Positions 32,530 to 42,915 of a DNA stretch of 58,936 nucleotides are shown piece after piece (positions within the stretch are counted from its first letter, which is position 1; the number at the start of each line of letters is the position of its first letter). A program made the position numbers and the translations under genes. The DNA lies in contig JBCNVB010000004.1 of the NCBI GenBank assembly GCA_039630415.1, forward strand, positions 1-58,936. The letters run 5' to 3'. The notes below the pieces were generated by a model. The model was not told where the DNA came from and made no database searches. It saw only the letters and a list, made by a program, of their open reading frames with translations. Source of the DNA: a bacterium (GTDB taxonomy: Bacteria; DRYD01).

Positions 32530-33774
32530 ATGAGTATAATAGAGGAAAAAAAGACTGGATCTAATCTAAAAAACTTAAAGGTTGTTACTGCTAATGAAGC
32601 GGTTGCTCTAGCTGTAAAATGTGCTAGAGTAGATGTAGTTGGGGCTTATCCTATAAGTCCTCAAACGAGTATTATGGAGTATCTAACCAAGTATGTAGAA
32701 ACTGAAAATCTACCGATCGAAATAATAAGGGTTGAATCTGAGCATAGTGCTATGGCTGTGGCTATGGGCGCTGCTGCTGTTGGTGCTAGAGCTTTTACAG
32801 CTACTGCTTCACAAGGTTTACTGTATATGGCTGAGATGGTATACTGGGTAGCTGGTAGTAGATTACCCGTTGTTATGGCTATTGCTAGCAGAGCTATGGG
32901 AGCACCCTGGATACTCGGAAATGAACATACTGATATAATGTTACCCAGGGAATGGGGATGGATTGTGCTTTTTCCAGAAGATAACCAAGAAGTTTTTGAT
33001 ACAATAATACAGGCATATAGAATAGCTGATAAAACCCTAATACCCGTGATTGTTGGTTTGGATGGTTTTATTATGAGTCATACTACTATGCCTATATCCA
33101 TACCTGATCAAAGTATCATAGATAGTTTTATACCCAAAAATACTCCTAAGCCTTATGCACTGAATACAGAAAACCCATTTACTCATGGAAATGCTGTTAG
33201 TTCTAATCTTTATATGGAGTTTAGATACGATATATTCAGAACTATAGAGGAAGCTGAGGACTTGGTTGATCAAGTTGATAGAGAGTGGTATGAGCTAACG
33301 GGTAGAACTTATGGAGGAACAATACAAGAGTACATGCTTGATGATGCTGAAGTAGCTATTATTGTTATGGGGGCTTCTTCGGGTGATGCTAAACAGGCAG
33401 CTATGAATGTAAGACAAAAATATAACATAAAAGCTGGAGTAATTAGACTAAGAAGTATTAGGCCATTTCCTGTAAAGAGGCTTTCAAGAATAGCTAGCAG
33501 ATTAAAATGCATAGGTGTACTTGACAGAAATATGTCTCCTGGATTAGCTGGAATGATAGCTACTGAGGTTAAGTTTGCTCTTTATGAGCTAGAAAATAGA
33601 CCAATTATTCAGGCTTATATAGGTGGTTTAGGAGGAAAAGATATCAAAATAGAGGATTTTGAAAATATATATCTAGAGTTACATGAGATGATGCAGGGTA
33701 AGAGAAAAGTTGAAAAAGTGAGGTGGGTAGGGTTGGATTTATCTGCTGTGGAGGCTTATTTTGAGGAGGTGTAA
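32530..33774 (+). CDS. porA: Oxidoreductase alpha subunit
   Basis: AYPISPQT, ESEHSA, TASQGL, RPFP, GLGG. Confidence 0.93.
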   Translation: MSIIEEKKTGSNLKNLKVVTANEAVALAVKCARVDVVGAYPISPQTSIMEYLTKYVETENLPIEIIRVESEHSAMAVAMGAAAVGARAFTATASQGLLYMAEMVYWVAGSRLPVVMAIASRAMGAPWILGNEHTDIMLPREWGWIVLFPEDNQEVFDTIIQAYRIADKTLIPVIVGLDGFIMSHTTMPISIPDQSIIDSFIPKNTPKPYALNTENPFTHGNAVSSNLYMEFRYDIFRTIEEAEDLVDQVDREWYELTGRTYGGTIQEYMLDDAEVAIIVMGASSGDAKQAAMNVRQKYNIKAGVIRLRSIRPFPVKRLSRIASRLKCIGVLDRNMSPGLAGMIATEVKFALYELENRPIIQAYIGGLGGKDIKIEDFENIYLELHEMMQGKRKVEKVRWVGLDLSAVEAYFEEV

Positions 33775-33777
33775 GAG

Positions 33778-34677
33778 ATGACTTCTATAAAGCAATTACC
33801 GTATGAAGAGTATCTTTTAGCGGGAAATGGAAGTTGTCCCGGGTGTGGACTAACGATAGGTTTAAGAAATGTACTAAAGGCTGTTGGTAAGGATGTTTAT
33901 ATGGTAGTACCTGCTTCATGTAGTAGTGTTATTCAGTCACCTTTCCCGAATTCTTCTGTAACAGTACCTTTGTTAAATACGCCATTTGCTGCTGCAGCAG
34001 CTGCTGCTTCTGGGATGGTTAGAGCTCTTAGAGTTATGGGTAAAGATTCGGTAGTTATGGTTTGGGCTGGCGATGGAGGAACTTTTGACATAGGTCTAGC
34101 AACTGTTAGTGGTGCAGCAGAAAGAAACGAGGATATACTATACATATGCTATGATAATGAAGCTTATATGAATACTGGTGGGCATAGATCAGGAGCAACT
34201 CCCCTGGGTACATTTACTGGTACCACACCTACTGGAAAAAAAGAAAATAAGAAAAATGTACCCCTAATAATGGCAGCTCACAAAGTCCCCTATATAGCAA
34301 CCGCTAGCATAGCTTTTGTAACTGATCTATATGATAAGATTCTTAAGGCCAAGAATATAAAAGGATTTAGGTATATTCAAATATTTTCTCCATGTACTCC
34401 AGGATGGTTATTACCAACTGAAAAAAGTGTTGAGTCAGCTAAACTAGCAGTACAAACAGGTATTTACCCACTTTTCGAAATAGAAAATGGAGTTTTCAAA
34501 ATTAGCGCACCAAGTAAAGCTTATCTTAAAAAGGAAAAACGAAAACCTCTGCAAGATTATTTCAAAATCCAAGGAAGGTTTAAGAACCTAAAAGAAGAGC
34601 AGGTGAAAATGATAGAACAATGGATTGATGAGATGAATGAAGAATATGCTAATTTGGATGGTAAGAAAATAATCTAA
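33778..34677 (+). CDS. porB: Oxidoreductase beta subunit
   Basis: CPGCG, GDGGTFDIG, DNEAYMNTG, SPCTPGW. Confidence 0.93.
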   Translation: MTSIKQLPYEEYLLAGNGSCPGCGLTIGLRNVLKAVGKDVYMVVPASCSSVIQSPFPNSSVTVPLLNTPFAAAAAAASGMVRALRVMGKDSVVMVWAGDGGTFDIGLATVSGAAERNEDILYICYDNEAYMNTGGHRSGATPLGTFTGTTPTGKKENKKNVPLIMAAHKVPYIATASIAFVTDLYDKILKAKNIKGFRYIQIFSPCTPGWLLPTEKSVESAKLAVQTGIYPLFEIENGVFKISAPSKAYLKKEKRKPLQDYFKIQGRFKNLKEEQVKMIEQWIDEMNEEYANLDGKKII

Positions 34678-34682
34678 GGGTT

Positions 34683-34892
34683 ATGAATTTCGAAAAAGAG
34701 TTTGAAATTATAGAGAGGGATTTAAAATGTCCGCGATGTGGCGGAGTCGTAGTTGAATCTACTGATCTGGAAATAATGTTTTTCTACGAACATACCAGAG
34801 AATACTCTTGTATCATTTGTGGATACAGGTTTTGGATAGATCTGGATGAAATTATATCTAAGCTTAGTATTACTAAGAAGAAGGAAAATTAG
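34683..34892 (+). CDS. Small zinc-ribbon protein
   Basis: CPRCGG...CIICGY, 69 aa, directly after porB. Confidence 0.7.
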   Translation: MNFEKEFEIIERDLKCPRCGGVVVESTDLEIMFFYEHTREYSCIICGYRFWIDLDEIISKLSITKKKEN

Positions 34893-34934
34893 GTAAGTAT
34901 ATAATCGATATAGTCGATACAAGGGGGGAGTAAA

Positions 34935-36782
34935 GTGTTAAAAATGGTTAATCTAATAGCGGTAATGGTGGTTAGCCTAATAATGTTTGCTATTTGTTTG
35001 TTTGCAATCGGACAAAATAGAGTTAATTGTATGTTGATAGTTTTTAGTGATGCTACTGGTAGTTATGCTGGAAGTCCAATAGCTAAATTTATTTCTGGTA
35101 AGTTAAGTTCGGTTAGTCCTTTTTATTGTACTTTTGAGTCTGCCTATACCTATGATAACTTACCTTTAGCATTAGATAAGGCAAAATCGAAAGGTATGAA
35201 TGTGTTAGTTGGGGGTGTTATTACTGAAAGTAATGTAACGTATTCATATGTGCATCTTCCTGCGCCTGTTCCTGGGGGTGTAAGGGTTAGGAGTGCAACT
35301 GCTAGTATATCTTTTCAAGTTGATATGAGGAGTGTAAGTGATGGTGCTATTATTTTCAATAATAGTTACAGTGCTTCTGAAACAGTGAGTGATGTTGGTG
35401 CATGGGCTTGGACAAACTGGGGATATGTTGATATAGATTCATATACTTTCCTAAATAGTCCTATGGGTAAGGCTCTTTCTAAGGCGGCTGATAAATTTAT
35501 TAAAGACATAGAGCAAAATAAGAATACTATACTCAGTAAAATACCTTCATCGTATACTACCCAAGTTCCTTCTACGACTCAGGTTCCATCAATGCAGGTT
35601 CCATCAATGCAGGTTCCATCAACGCAAGTTCCATCAACTCAGGTTCCATCAGCCCAGAGTACTAATCCTATGCAGTTTGCTCAGGAAAACATTGTACTTG
35701 GTCAGTATGAGTTTGTTAAAGTATATGAAAATCATATGGTTAATTTACCTAAGGGAACTACATTTATAAATGGACTGGAGAACATTTCAAAAAGACATAT
35801 TCTAACGACCGATTTTGTACAGAAAATAGGTAGAAATGTCCCTGTATTTAAGTACAACTATGACTGGTTCTCCACTGTAACCCAACTTAAAACACCTAAT
35901 CTTAAAATACCTGTATGTATTGATTTTATGTGTGCTTTTTTAGAACAATATGGTAGAATAATTATGAGTAATATTGGTATATCTTATGGTAGAGTTAATA
36001 AAAGTACTTTTACTTTTGATGGAATTTATTTGATTTTCCAGGTTCCGTTGAACTATGATTTAGAAGAACAGGTACCTATTAATGTAGATGTGTTTTTAGT
36101 TAGTCAGGGGGATTTAAATTATAATTGGTATTACCATGCTATACATGCAAAGAAATCTAATTTTATGCCGATAGCGAAAGGGCAAGCAACTGTTAATAGA
36201 TATCTGGTTGCTAATAAAGATGTTCACTCTAGGATATTTATTACGGATAATAAATTAGTTGTTCAGATTGAGGATAAAATTCCTATAGACATTGATTTGC
36301 CTCCTGGAGTTATCAAGGTGAAGGATGGAGTTGTTTTAGTTGATGGTATTAGTAATGCTATATCAGGATTAGCTGTGTATAGGTTGAAGGTTTTACAAGA
36401 AAATACTTATACAAGCCAAGATACAAATAAAGTAGACGATATAGAATCTCGTTTATTATCGATGGGAGCAAGTGTTTCAAAAACGCAAGTAGCCTATACT
36501 GTCTCTTTTTATACTCAAATTTTGTTCTCCAGTGTAAGTTCGAGTAATGTGGTTAAAAATGATAACTTCGAAGACTGTATGGATTTAATAGATAAGCTTA
36601 TAATAGCTAGTGGTTCTTCGGATGTAAAGATTAGAATAAACTACAAGAATTCTTCTATCTATTCACGAATTAAAGCAGTTATAAATGATTATCTTTCTTC
36701 AGTTTCCTCTGGAAACTATACCATAAGATTTTTACCAGCCGAGAATGATTCAAAGACAATAACTTTTAGAATAAGTAGATGA
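34935..36782 (+). CDS. Secreted multidomain hypothetical protein with QVPS(T/M) linker
   Basis: Signal peptide, N-terminal domain loosely CsgG/TolB-N-like, low-complexity linker. Confidence 0.6.
   Translation: MLKMVNLIAVMVVSLIMFAICLFAIGQNRVNCMLIVFSDATGSYAGSPIAKFISGKLSSVSPFYCTFESAYTYDNLPLALDKAKSKGMNVLVGGVITESNVTYSYVHLPAPVPGGVRVRSATASISFQVDMRSVSDGAIIFNNSYSASETVSDVGAWAWTNWGYVDIDSYTFLNSPMGKALSKAADKFIKDIEQNKNTILSKIPSSYTTQVPSTTQVPSMQVPSMQVPSTQVPSTQVPSAQSTNPMQFAQENIVLGQYEFVKVYENHMVNLPKGTTFINGLENISKRHILTTDFVQKIGRNVPVFKYNYDWFSTVTQLKTPNLKIPVCIDFMCAFLEQYGRIIMSNIGISYGRVNKSTFTFDGIYLIFQVPLNYDLEEQVPINVDVFLVSQGDLNYNWYYHAIHAKKSNFMPIAKGQATVNRYLVANKDVHSRIFITDNKLVVQIEDKIPIDIDLPPGVIKVKDGVVLVDGISNAISGLAVYRLKVLQENTYTSQDTNKVDDIESRLLSMGASVSKTQVAYTVSFYTQILFSSVSSSNVVKNDNFEDCMDLIDKLIIASGSSDVKIRINYKNSSIYSRIKAVINDYLSSVSSGNYTIRFLPAENDSKTITFRISR
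35562..35654 (+). repeat. 15-bp intragenic tandem repeat (5 copies plus one 18-bp variant)
   Basis: CA(G/A)GTTCCATCANNN units encoding QVPSM/QVPST/QVPSA. Confidence 0.92.
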
Positions 36783-37516
36783 GGATTATGAAAAAATTTA
36801 TAGCTTTATTGATAAGTTTAGTTATAGTTGCTACATTTGCCTATCCTAAAAAAGTCTTGTACAAAAGGGGTTTATTTTTTCAAGATAAAAGATTGTTGGT
36901 AGTTTATGAAATATATGCTAGTGACAAAAAATCAAGAATGGAATTTGAAGATGTTGAAACTGAAACAAAAAGTATTATAATTACTCATTTTCATGATAAC
37001 CAGGTTATAGATATATATCTTGATCCTTTGGTTGGAGAGTACTATGTTGAGAAAACTCCTTTATCTGACTTTTATACTAATGAAGCTTTTATGCAGATAT
37101 CAAGAATTTCATGTATAATCAAGAATTCATATTATAGGTTCAAGGGTGAGAATTTTAGATCTATAGAACTAAAACCTGTAATAAAAGAGGGTGATAATTT
37201 AATTGAGATAGCTAGGATGATTATGATAAGCATAGGTGATATGTTCCCTGAAAAGTATTTGGATGAATATAAAAATATAATGTCAAATCATCTTAGGAAT
37301 ATAGATAGATCCCATTATGTAGGTACTTTATTAGCTGCACTTTTGTTTCCATATTTTAGTGATATAAAGGATATGTTACTTCAGGGTTATGTAGTGGTTA
37401 ATCTGAAAACTCCTGATAAAGTGGAGGATAGAGTAGAAAAGATTGATTTTATAGATTATAATGAGAATTATTTCATCATACCTAGGGGATATAAGAAAGC
37501 GAGAGATAAAAAGTAG
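36779..37516 (+). CDS. Secreted hypothetical protein
   Basis: Signal peptide; C-terminal F.IP.GYK motif as seen in DUF4412-like proteins. Confidence 0.55.
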   Translation: MRIMKKFIALLISLVIVATFAYPKKVLYKRGLFFQDKRLLVVYEIYASDKKSRMEFEDVETETKSIIITHFHDNQVIDIYLDPLVGEYYVEKTPLSDFYTNEAFMQISRISCIIKNSYYRFKGENFRSIELKPVIKEGDNLIEIARMIMISIGDMFPEKYLDEYKNIMSNHLRNIDRSHYVGTLLAALLFPYFSDIKDMLLQGYVVVNLKTPDKVEDRVEKIDFIDYNENYFIIPRGYKKARDKK

Positions 37517-37552
37517 AGTAATTGACAGTAGAGTGGATTGGGGGAAATATAG

Positions 37553-39391
37553 ATGAAGGAGGTTATAGTTGTAGGTGGTGGGCTTGCTGGTTTAATGGCA
37601 ACTCTAAGATTGGGGGAAAGGGGATATAAAATAAGGTTATTTTCAATCGTTCCTGTTAAAAGATCTCATAGTGTGTGTGCTCAAGGTGGTATAAATGCTG
37701 CTATCAATGCGAAAGGAGAGGGAGATAGCCCATTTTTGCATTTTTATGAAACTATATACGGTGGAGATTTTCTTGCAAATCAACCTCCAGTACTAGGAAT
37801 GACTGAGCTTGCTCCTAAAATAATCTATCTGTTTGATCGAATGGGAGTACCTTTTAATAGAACACCTGAGGGAAATATAGATTTTAGAAGGTTTGGAGGT
37901 ACTCTTTTTCATAGAACTGCTTTTGCAGGTGCAACTACTGGTCAGCAATTGTTATATGCTCTAGATGAGCAAGTTAGAAAACTTGAAGTTGATGGATTAG
38001 TTCAAAAATATGAACCTTTTCAACTACTTAGGCTAATCATAGACAAGGGTGTTTGTAAGGGAATAATTGCTATGAACTTGTATACAGGTGAGATCAAAGC
38101 ATATACTGCTCAAGCGGTTATTCTCGCTACAGGAGGACTAGGATATATATTCAAGCATAACACCAATAGTATAATAAACACTGGTTCTGCTGGAAGTATA
38201 GCTTATCAGCAGGGAGCGTTTTGGGCTAATCCGGAGTTTATACAAGTTCATCCAACTGCTATGAAAGGTAAAGATAAAAATAGGCTGATTTCTGAAAGTG
38301 TCAGGGGTGAAGGTGGTAGAGTTTGGGCTTATGATTCGGAAGGTAGAAAAAGATACTTCCTTGAAGAATGGTACCCAGGATATGGTAACCTTGTGCCCAG
38401 AGATATAGCAAGCAGAGCTATATATAGAGCTGTTTACGAACTGGGGTATCATACTGCTGAAGGAGAACCAATGGTATATCTGGATATTACCGATTTGGTT
38501 AAGCAAAAAGGTAAGGACTATGTTAAAGCGAAACTAGGAGGAGTTTTAGAAATATATGAAAAATTCTCTGGAGTAGATCCTTATACTAATCCTATGAAAA
38601 TATTCCCTGCTGTACATTATTCTATGGGAGGGCTTTGGGTAGACTATAATCAAATGACAAGCATACCTGGATTATTTGCGATTGGTGAGCAAGATTATGA
38701 ATATCATGGAGCAAATAGGTTGGGTGCTAATTCTCTACTTTCTTGTCTGTATGCAGGCTATATAATGCCTAATATAATCGATACTTATACTAAAAACTCA
38801 GATCCTATAGTTTCAGAAAATTCCATAAAGGAAGCCTTATCCTATGCTATTGAGGAAATTGAAAGTATCAAAAATATGAAGGGGGATATAAATCCATATA
38901 ACCTTGCTGAAGAATTTAGAACTGTAATGTCGGAGAAAGTTACAGTGATAAGAAATAAAGAGGGTTTGGAATATGCATATAAATTTGTCAAAGAGTGTTT
39001 AGAGAAATATAGAAACATTAATGCTTATTCATTTGATGGGGCATATTCTATTGTTTCGATATCATATATCAAACAATTAAAAGATATGATGATATTGGCT
39101 CTTGCGATAATAAAGGGTGCTTTGGAAAGGAAAGAGAGTAGGGGAGCTCATTATAGAACTGATTTTCCTGAAAGAGATGACCGAAACTATCTAAAAACCA
39201 CGAAGGCTAAGTTTAATCTTCAAACTTTGGAGCCAGAAATATCTTTTGAGTTGGTCGATACTTGTATAATCCAGCCACAAGAAAGAGAATATAAAAGTAG
39301 TCATAAAGAAAAAATACAAAAAGCTCTACATATATACGAACAATGCAAGGATAAAATAGAAAAAGTTAAGAAAGAAGTAATAAGAATTTAG
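37553..39391 (+). CDS. sdhA: Succinate dehydrogenase/fumarate reductase flavoprotein subunit (Bacillus type)
   Basis: GGGLAG, RSHSVCAQGGINA (covalent FAD His), QVHPT, SESVRGEGG, HYSMGG, HGANRLGANSL, ESRGAH. Confidence 0.93.
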   Translation: MKEVIVVGGGLAGLMATLRLGERGYKIRLFSIVPVKRSHSVCAQGGINAAINAKGEGDSPFLHFYETIYGGDFLANQPPVLGMTELAPKIIYLFDRMGVPFNRTPEGNIDFRRFGGTLFHRTAFAGATTGQQLLYALDEQVRKLEVDGLVQKYEPFQLLRLIIDKGVCKGIIAMNLYTGEIKAYTAQAVILATGGLGYIFKHNTNSIINTGSAGSIAYQQGAFWANPEFIQVHPTAMKGKDKNRLISESVRGEGGRVWAYDSEGRKRYFLEEWYPGYGNLVPRDIASRAIYRAVYELGYHTAEGEPMVYLDITDLVKQKGKDYVKAKLGGVLEIYEKFSGVDPYTNPMKIFPAVHYSMGGLWVDYNQMTSIPGLFAIGEQDYEYHGANRLGANSLLSCLYAGYIMPNIIDTYTKNSDPIVSENSIKEALSYAIEEIESIKNMKGDINPYNLAEEFRTVMSEKVTVIRNKEGLEYAYKFVKECLEKYRNINAYSFDGAYSIVSISYIKQLKDMMILALAIIKGALERKESRGAHYRTDFPERDDRNYLKTTKAKFNLQTLEPEISFELVDTCIIQPQEREYKSSHKEKIQKALHIYEQCKDKIEKVKKEVIRI

Positions 39392-39397
39392 AAAAAA

Positions 39398-40777
39398 TCA
39401 TAGTATCTTAAAAAAGGTATTATTGATAACAAAAAGTGTACTAAAAGCGATAGCCAGGGGCAGTAGGGTAGCGACCAGAGTCCACTTTGTACTACCTGTT
39501 TCTCTATAGATTGTCAATATAGTTGTAGTACAAGGATTATGAAGTATGGAAAATAGCATAACGCTTATAGCGGTTTTCCAATCCCATCCTCCATAAACTT
39601 TTAGTATTTCGTATATTGTGGAAAGTTCGTCAATCTCTACTAAATTTTTTGCTTGTGTATAAAGCATCAGCATTGCGGGTATTACTACTTCGTTAGCTGG
39701 CAGAGCTATTATGTAAGATAAGATTATAACTCCGTCTAATCCAAATAATTTCCCAAAACCATCTAAATATTCCACTATTGTTTTGGAAACGTTGAAGTAG
39801 TTAATAATCCAAACAAAAATTCCTGCGGGTATTGACATGTAAACTGCCCTGTATAGAACGAATAAGGTTCTATCGACTATGGAAGTATATATTATTCTGA
39901 TTAGATTAGGTTTTCTAAATGGAGGTATTTCTAAAATATAGAAACTTCCGAAGGATTTAAGGAACTTGGAAAATCCCAGTGAAAGAACTAATGTAAACAT
40001 GAGACCTATTCCTACAGCTAGAACGAGGCATAATGAAGCTAGTAGGGATACTATTAGTGGTGATTGTGTTGTAGCTAAGGTTGGTGCTATGAATAGAGTT
40101 GATAGGGTTATGAGTAGAGGCCATCTACCGTTACATGGCATAAAATTATTTGTAAGGATTGCGATTAATCTTTCTTTGGGGGATTTTATTATTCTGGTTG
40201 AAACAATACCTGCTGCATTACATCCAAATCCTACGATCATAGTTAATGCTTGATTACCTTGTACTCCAACGGATTTAAAAATTCTGTCCATGTTCAAGGC
40301 TATGCGTGGAAGTAGACCTAGATCTTCCAAAAAAGTGAATAGTGGAAAAAATATTGTCATTGGTGGTAGCATAACTGCTATTACTAATGCTGCTGATTTA
40401 TAAACTCCTTCTATCAAAAAGCTTATTAACAATTTAGGTAACCCAATTAAAGTTAGAAATTTCAACAATAATGTTTCTATATAGGAGAATACTGAAGTTA
40501 GTAGAGAAGAAATGTATCCTGCAAGGTATAGTGTTATCCAAAGAGCTATGCTAAGTAATGTAATTAGTGCAATTATTCCTCCTACTTTTGAGGTAAGAAA
40601 GGTATCAATGTATTTTTCTATTTTGCTTAAGGTATCTTCATTTTTTTTATATTCTACCACTTGGTTTAAGATGTTATCTATTTCCTGATACATATGTTCG
40701 ATTATTTTATCTCTAAATGTGTTATTGTATTGAACTCTATATTTTTCTGCTTTTTGGATAATGTCTTCGAATTTCAT
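39398..40777 (-). CDS. feoB: FeoB membrane (gate) half of a split FeoB
   Basis: LEDLGLLPR, GFGCNAAG, FMPCNGR, LEIPPFRKP, PANE, HNPC. Confidence 0.9.
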   Translation of the reverse strand: MKFEDIIQKAEKYRVQYNNTFRDKIIEHMYQEIDNILNQVVEYKKNEDTLSKIEKYIDTFLTSKVGGIIALITLLSIALWITLYLAGYISSLLTSVFSYIETLLLKFLTLIGLPKLLISFLIEGVYKSAALVIAVMLPPMTIFFPLFTFLEDLGLLPRIALNMDRIFKSVGVQGNQALTMIVGFGCNAAGIVSTRIIKSPKERLIAILTNNFMPCNGRWPLLITLSTLFIAPTLATTQSPLIVSLLASLCLVLAVGIGLMFTLVLSLGFSKFLKSFGSFYILEIPPFRKPNLIRIIYTSIVDRTLFVLYRAVYMSIPAGIFVWIINYFNVSKTIVEYLDGFGKLFGLDGVIILSYIIALPANEVVIPAMLMLYTQAKNLVEIDELSTIYEILKVYGGWDWKTAISVMLFSILHNPCTTTILTIYRETGSTKWTLVATLLPLAIAFSTLFVINNTFFKIL

Positions 40778-40790
40778 GTTTTTATTTTTT

Positions 40791-41561
40791 TCATGTTTTT
40801 ACTTTTATAGCTTTCTTTTTTAGGAGTTCTATTATGAATTTATCGCCTTCAAGGATTCTAAGGACTATCCATCTCAGGGCTGGGTAGTTTTTTAGTTCTG
40901 GATAGTAAGTTAGTATATCATTTTGTAGTTCGTCTATTATCTGTTGGAGTTTATCTGGGAATTGATATTTTATGGGTTCTACTTTCTTTTTGTTTTGTAT
41001 AATTTGGATTGACTGGTTTATTAGGGTTTCTACATTATATCCGGTGGAAGCTATGATTGGTATTATTGGTACGTTTAGCTTTTGTTCAAGCTTTGGGATA
41101 TCTATGTTTATTCCCTTTCTTTTAGCTTCGTCAATTAGATTAAGTGCTAGTATTACTTTTGATGTTATTTCGAAAACCTGATATACTAGGATAAGGTTTT
41201 TGTGTAGGTTAGTTGCATCTAGGATTATGATTGCTATGTCGTATGATCCGAGTAGGAGGAAGTTTCTAGTTACTTCTTCTTCTGGTGTGAAGGAGAGGAT
41301 GGAATATACACCTGGTAGGTCTATTATTTTGATGGTATATTTTTGGTCTTGTATTTTAAATTCGAAGAATCCTTCTATTTTGGATACGGTTTTGCCAGCC
41401 CAGTTGCCTACTCTTACGTTCATACCTGTTAAAAAGTTGAAAAGGGTGGATTTTCCTACGTTTGGGTTTCCTACTAGAGCCATAGTGTAGTCTATTTTCG
41501 TGTATTTTCTTATCCTTCTAAGTATTTGGCAGTTTTCACATTCGGGTCCAGGTTTTTTCAT
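40791..41561 (-). CDS. feoB: FeoB GTPase half of a split FeoB
   Basis: GNPNVGKST, VGNWAGKTV, DLPGVYS, NLIDEA; N-terminal CxxC. Confidence 0.9.
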   Translation of the reverse strand: MKKPGPECENCQILRRIRKYTKIDYTMALVGNPNVGKSTLFNFLTGMNVRVGNWAGKTVSKIEGFFEFKIQDQKYTIKIIDLPGVYSILSFTPEEEVTRNFLLLGSYDIAIIILDATNLHKNLILVYQVFEITSKVILALNLIDEAKRKGINIDIPKLEQKLNVPIIPIIASTGYNVETLINQSIQIIQNKKKVEPIKYQFPDKLQQIIDELQNDILTYYPELKNYPALRWIVLRILEGDKFIIELLKKKAIKVKT

Positions 41562-41563
41562 GA

Positions 41564-42553
41564 TTATATTTTTTGGACATATATTTTTTTTGATTGTTCT
41601 TTTCGTAGTGCTAAGAGTGTATTTCTTATTTTATACACTCTGGGGTCATCTCCTAACATATTGTTGTATACTGGCTGTATTATAGAGTTTCTTGATATTC
41701 CTAGTTCTAGTAATCTTCTTTTTTGTTCTCCTCTGATATAGAATGATATTCCTATTATTTTAGCTTTTTCATTTATTTTTAGTTTATCCAGGGTTGTTAT
41801 ATTTGATATATTTTGTTCTATTTCCTCAAAAAATTTTTGTATTTCTGCGTCTTGTTCTTGGCATACGTATATATTTGAGAATAGTATTGGATCTAGTTTA
41901 ATTATTTGTCCTTTGTTTGTTAAAATTTTGATGTATTCTGAAGATATTTGCAATGTTTTGATGTAGTCAAATGGTGCTAGATCAAGATCTACTATTTTTT
42001 TATATATCTCTTCTGGTTCATCTTCTATGTGAATTATTTTATAAATTAGATTAGTTTGTATTGATGATAGAGTATAGCATATTGGTTTTTCTCCTACTAT
42101 AATATCTCCATGTGGATCAACACAGTCATAGGTATTATCTTCTTTGTTGAATTCCTTATGTTCTTCTTTTTCTGCTATTTTATGGATTTCTTCTACTACT
42201 GTGGATGTATTTTCGAATAAGTATTTTTCTATATTTCTATGTTTTTGAATTATTTGACCTGCTATATATTTACCCTTGGAGGTTAGGGTTATATTTTCTT
42301 GGTCATATTCTATTATTTTTTCTCTAAACAGATTCTGGATGATATTAATTAATTTTTTGGGTGATATTTTGGAAAACAGGAATATAGTTTCAAGATTAGT
42401 CTTTTGATTATCTTCTGATTGTTTATATAGAAACTTAATTATATCTTCTGTTTTTTCTTTTGTACTAATGTTTATCTTGTTTACTATTTTCATTGCCAAT
42501 AGAATTAGAAGTACAAGTATACATGTTAGACCAATCAATGAGACAGATATCAT
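41564..42553 (-). CDS. DtxR/MntR-like metal-dependent regulator with FeoA domains and N-terminal TM helix
   Basis: LT.KG..IA....KHR..E, AEKEEH, DPHG, then FeoA-like RRLLELG...GDDPRVY.IR...LALR. Confidence 0.82.
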   Translation of the reverse strand: MISVSLIGLTCILVLLILLAMKIVNKINISTKEKTEDIIKFLYKQSEDNQKTNLETIFLFSKISPKKLINIIQNLFREKIIEYDQENITLTSKGKYIAGQIIQKHRNIEKYLFENTSTVVEEIHKIAEKEEHKEFNKEDNTYDCVDPHGDIIVGEKPICYTLSSIQTNLIYKIIHIEDEPEEIYKKIVDLDLAPFDYIKTLQISSEYIKILTNKGQIIKLDPILFSNIYVCQEQDAEIQKFFEEIEQNISNITTLDKLKINEKAKIIGISFYIRGEQKRRLLELGISRNSIIQPVYNNMLGDDPRVYKIRNTLLALRKEQSKKIYVQKI

Positions 42554-42897
42554 CTTATATATATTTTCTTAGGTTCAAACATGTATATTGTTTTAAATGA
42601 CTGTTGTTTTTGGGATTCTATGAATTTGAAGAATATATCCAAAGTTTTCAAGTAATTATCTATGTTTTTATTTTCTTTTGGGTATAGGGGGAAGATGTAT
42701 AGTTCATAGTTTTTCTGATTCGAATATAGTTTAATTTGTATGTATGTATTATAGTCTTGGAATGATTGTATTACGTAATTTTTGGGGTTGTAAGTTGAAA
42801 TTGGATAATTTTCGGAGTAAGATTTTAGGGAGAGAATTATGAGGATTATTAGTAATTGAAGTGTTATCAATGTGAATTTAGCTTTTGTAGATTTCAT
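42550..42897 (-). CDS. Small secreted hypothetical protein
   Basis: Signal-like N-terminus; lies between secY and the regulator on the same strand. Confidence 0.6.
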   Translation of the reverse strand: MKSTKAKFTLITLQLLIILIILSLKSYSENYPISTYNPKNYVIQSFQDYNTYIQIKLYSNQKNYELYIFPLYPKENKNIDNYLKTLDIFFKFIESQKQQSFKTIYMFEPKKIYIR

Positions 42898-42915
42898 TTA
42901 TAGGTTGAGTTATTT

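Noticed and set aside
35562-35654. Tandem repeat as a possible CRISPR
   Set aside because: No spacers; in-frame coding repeat.
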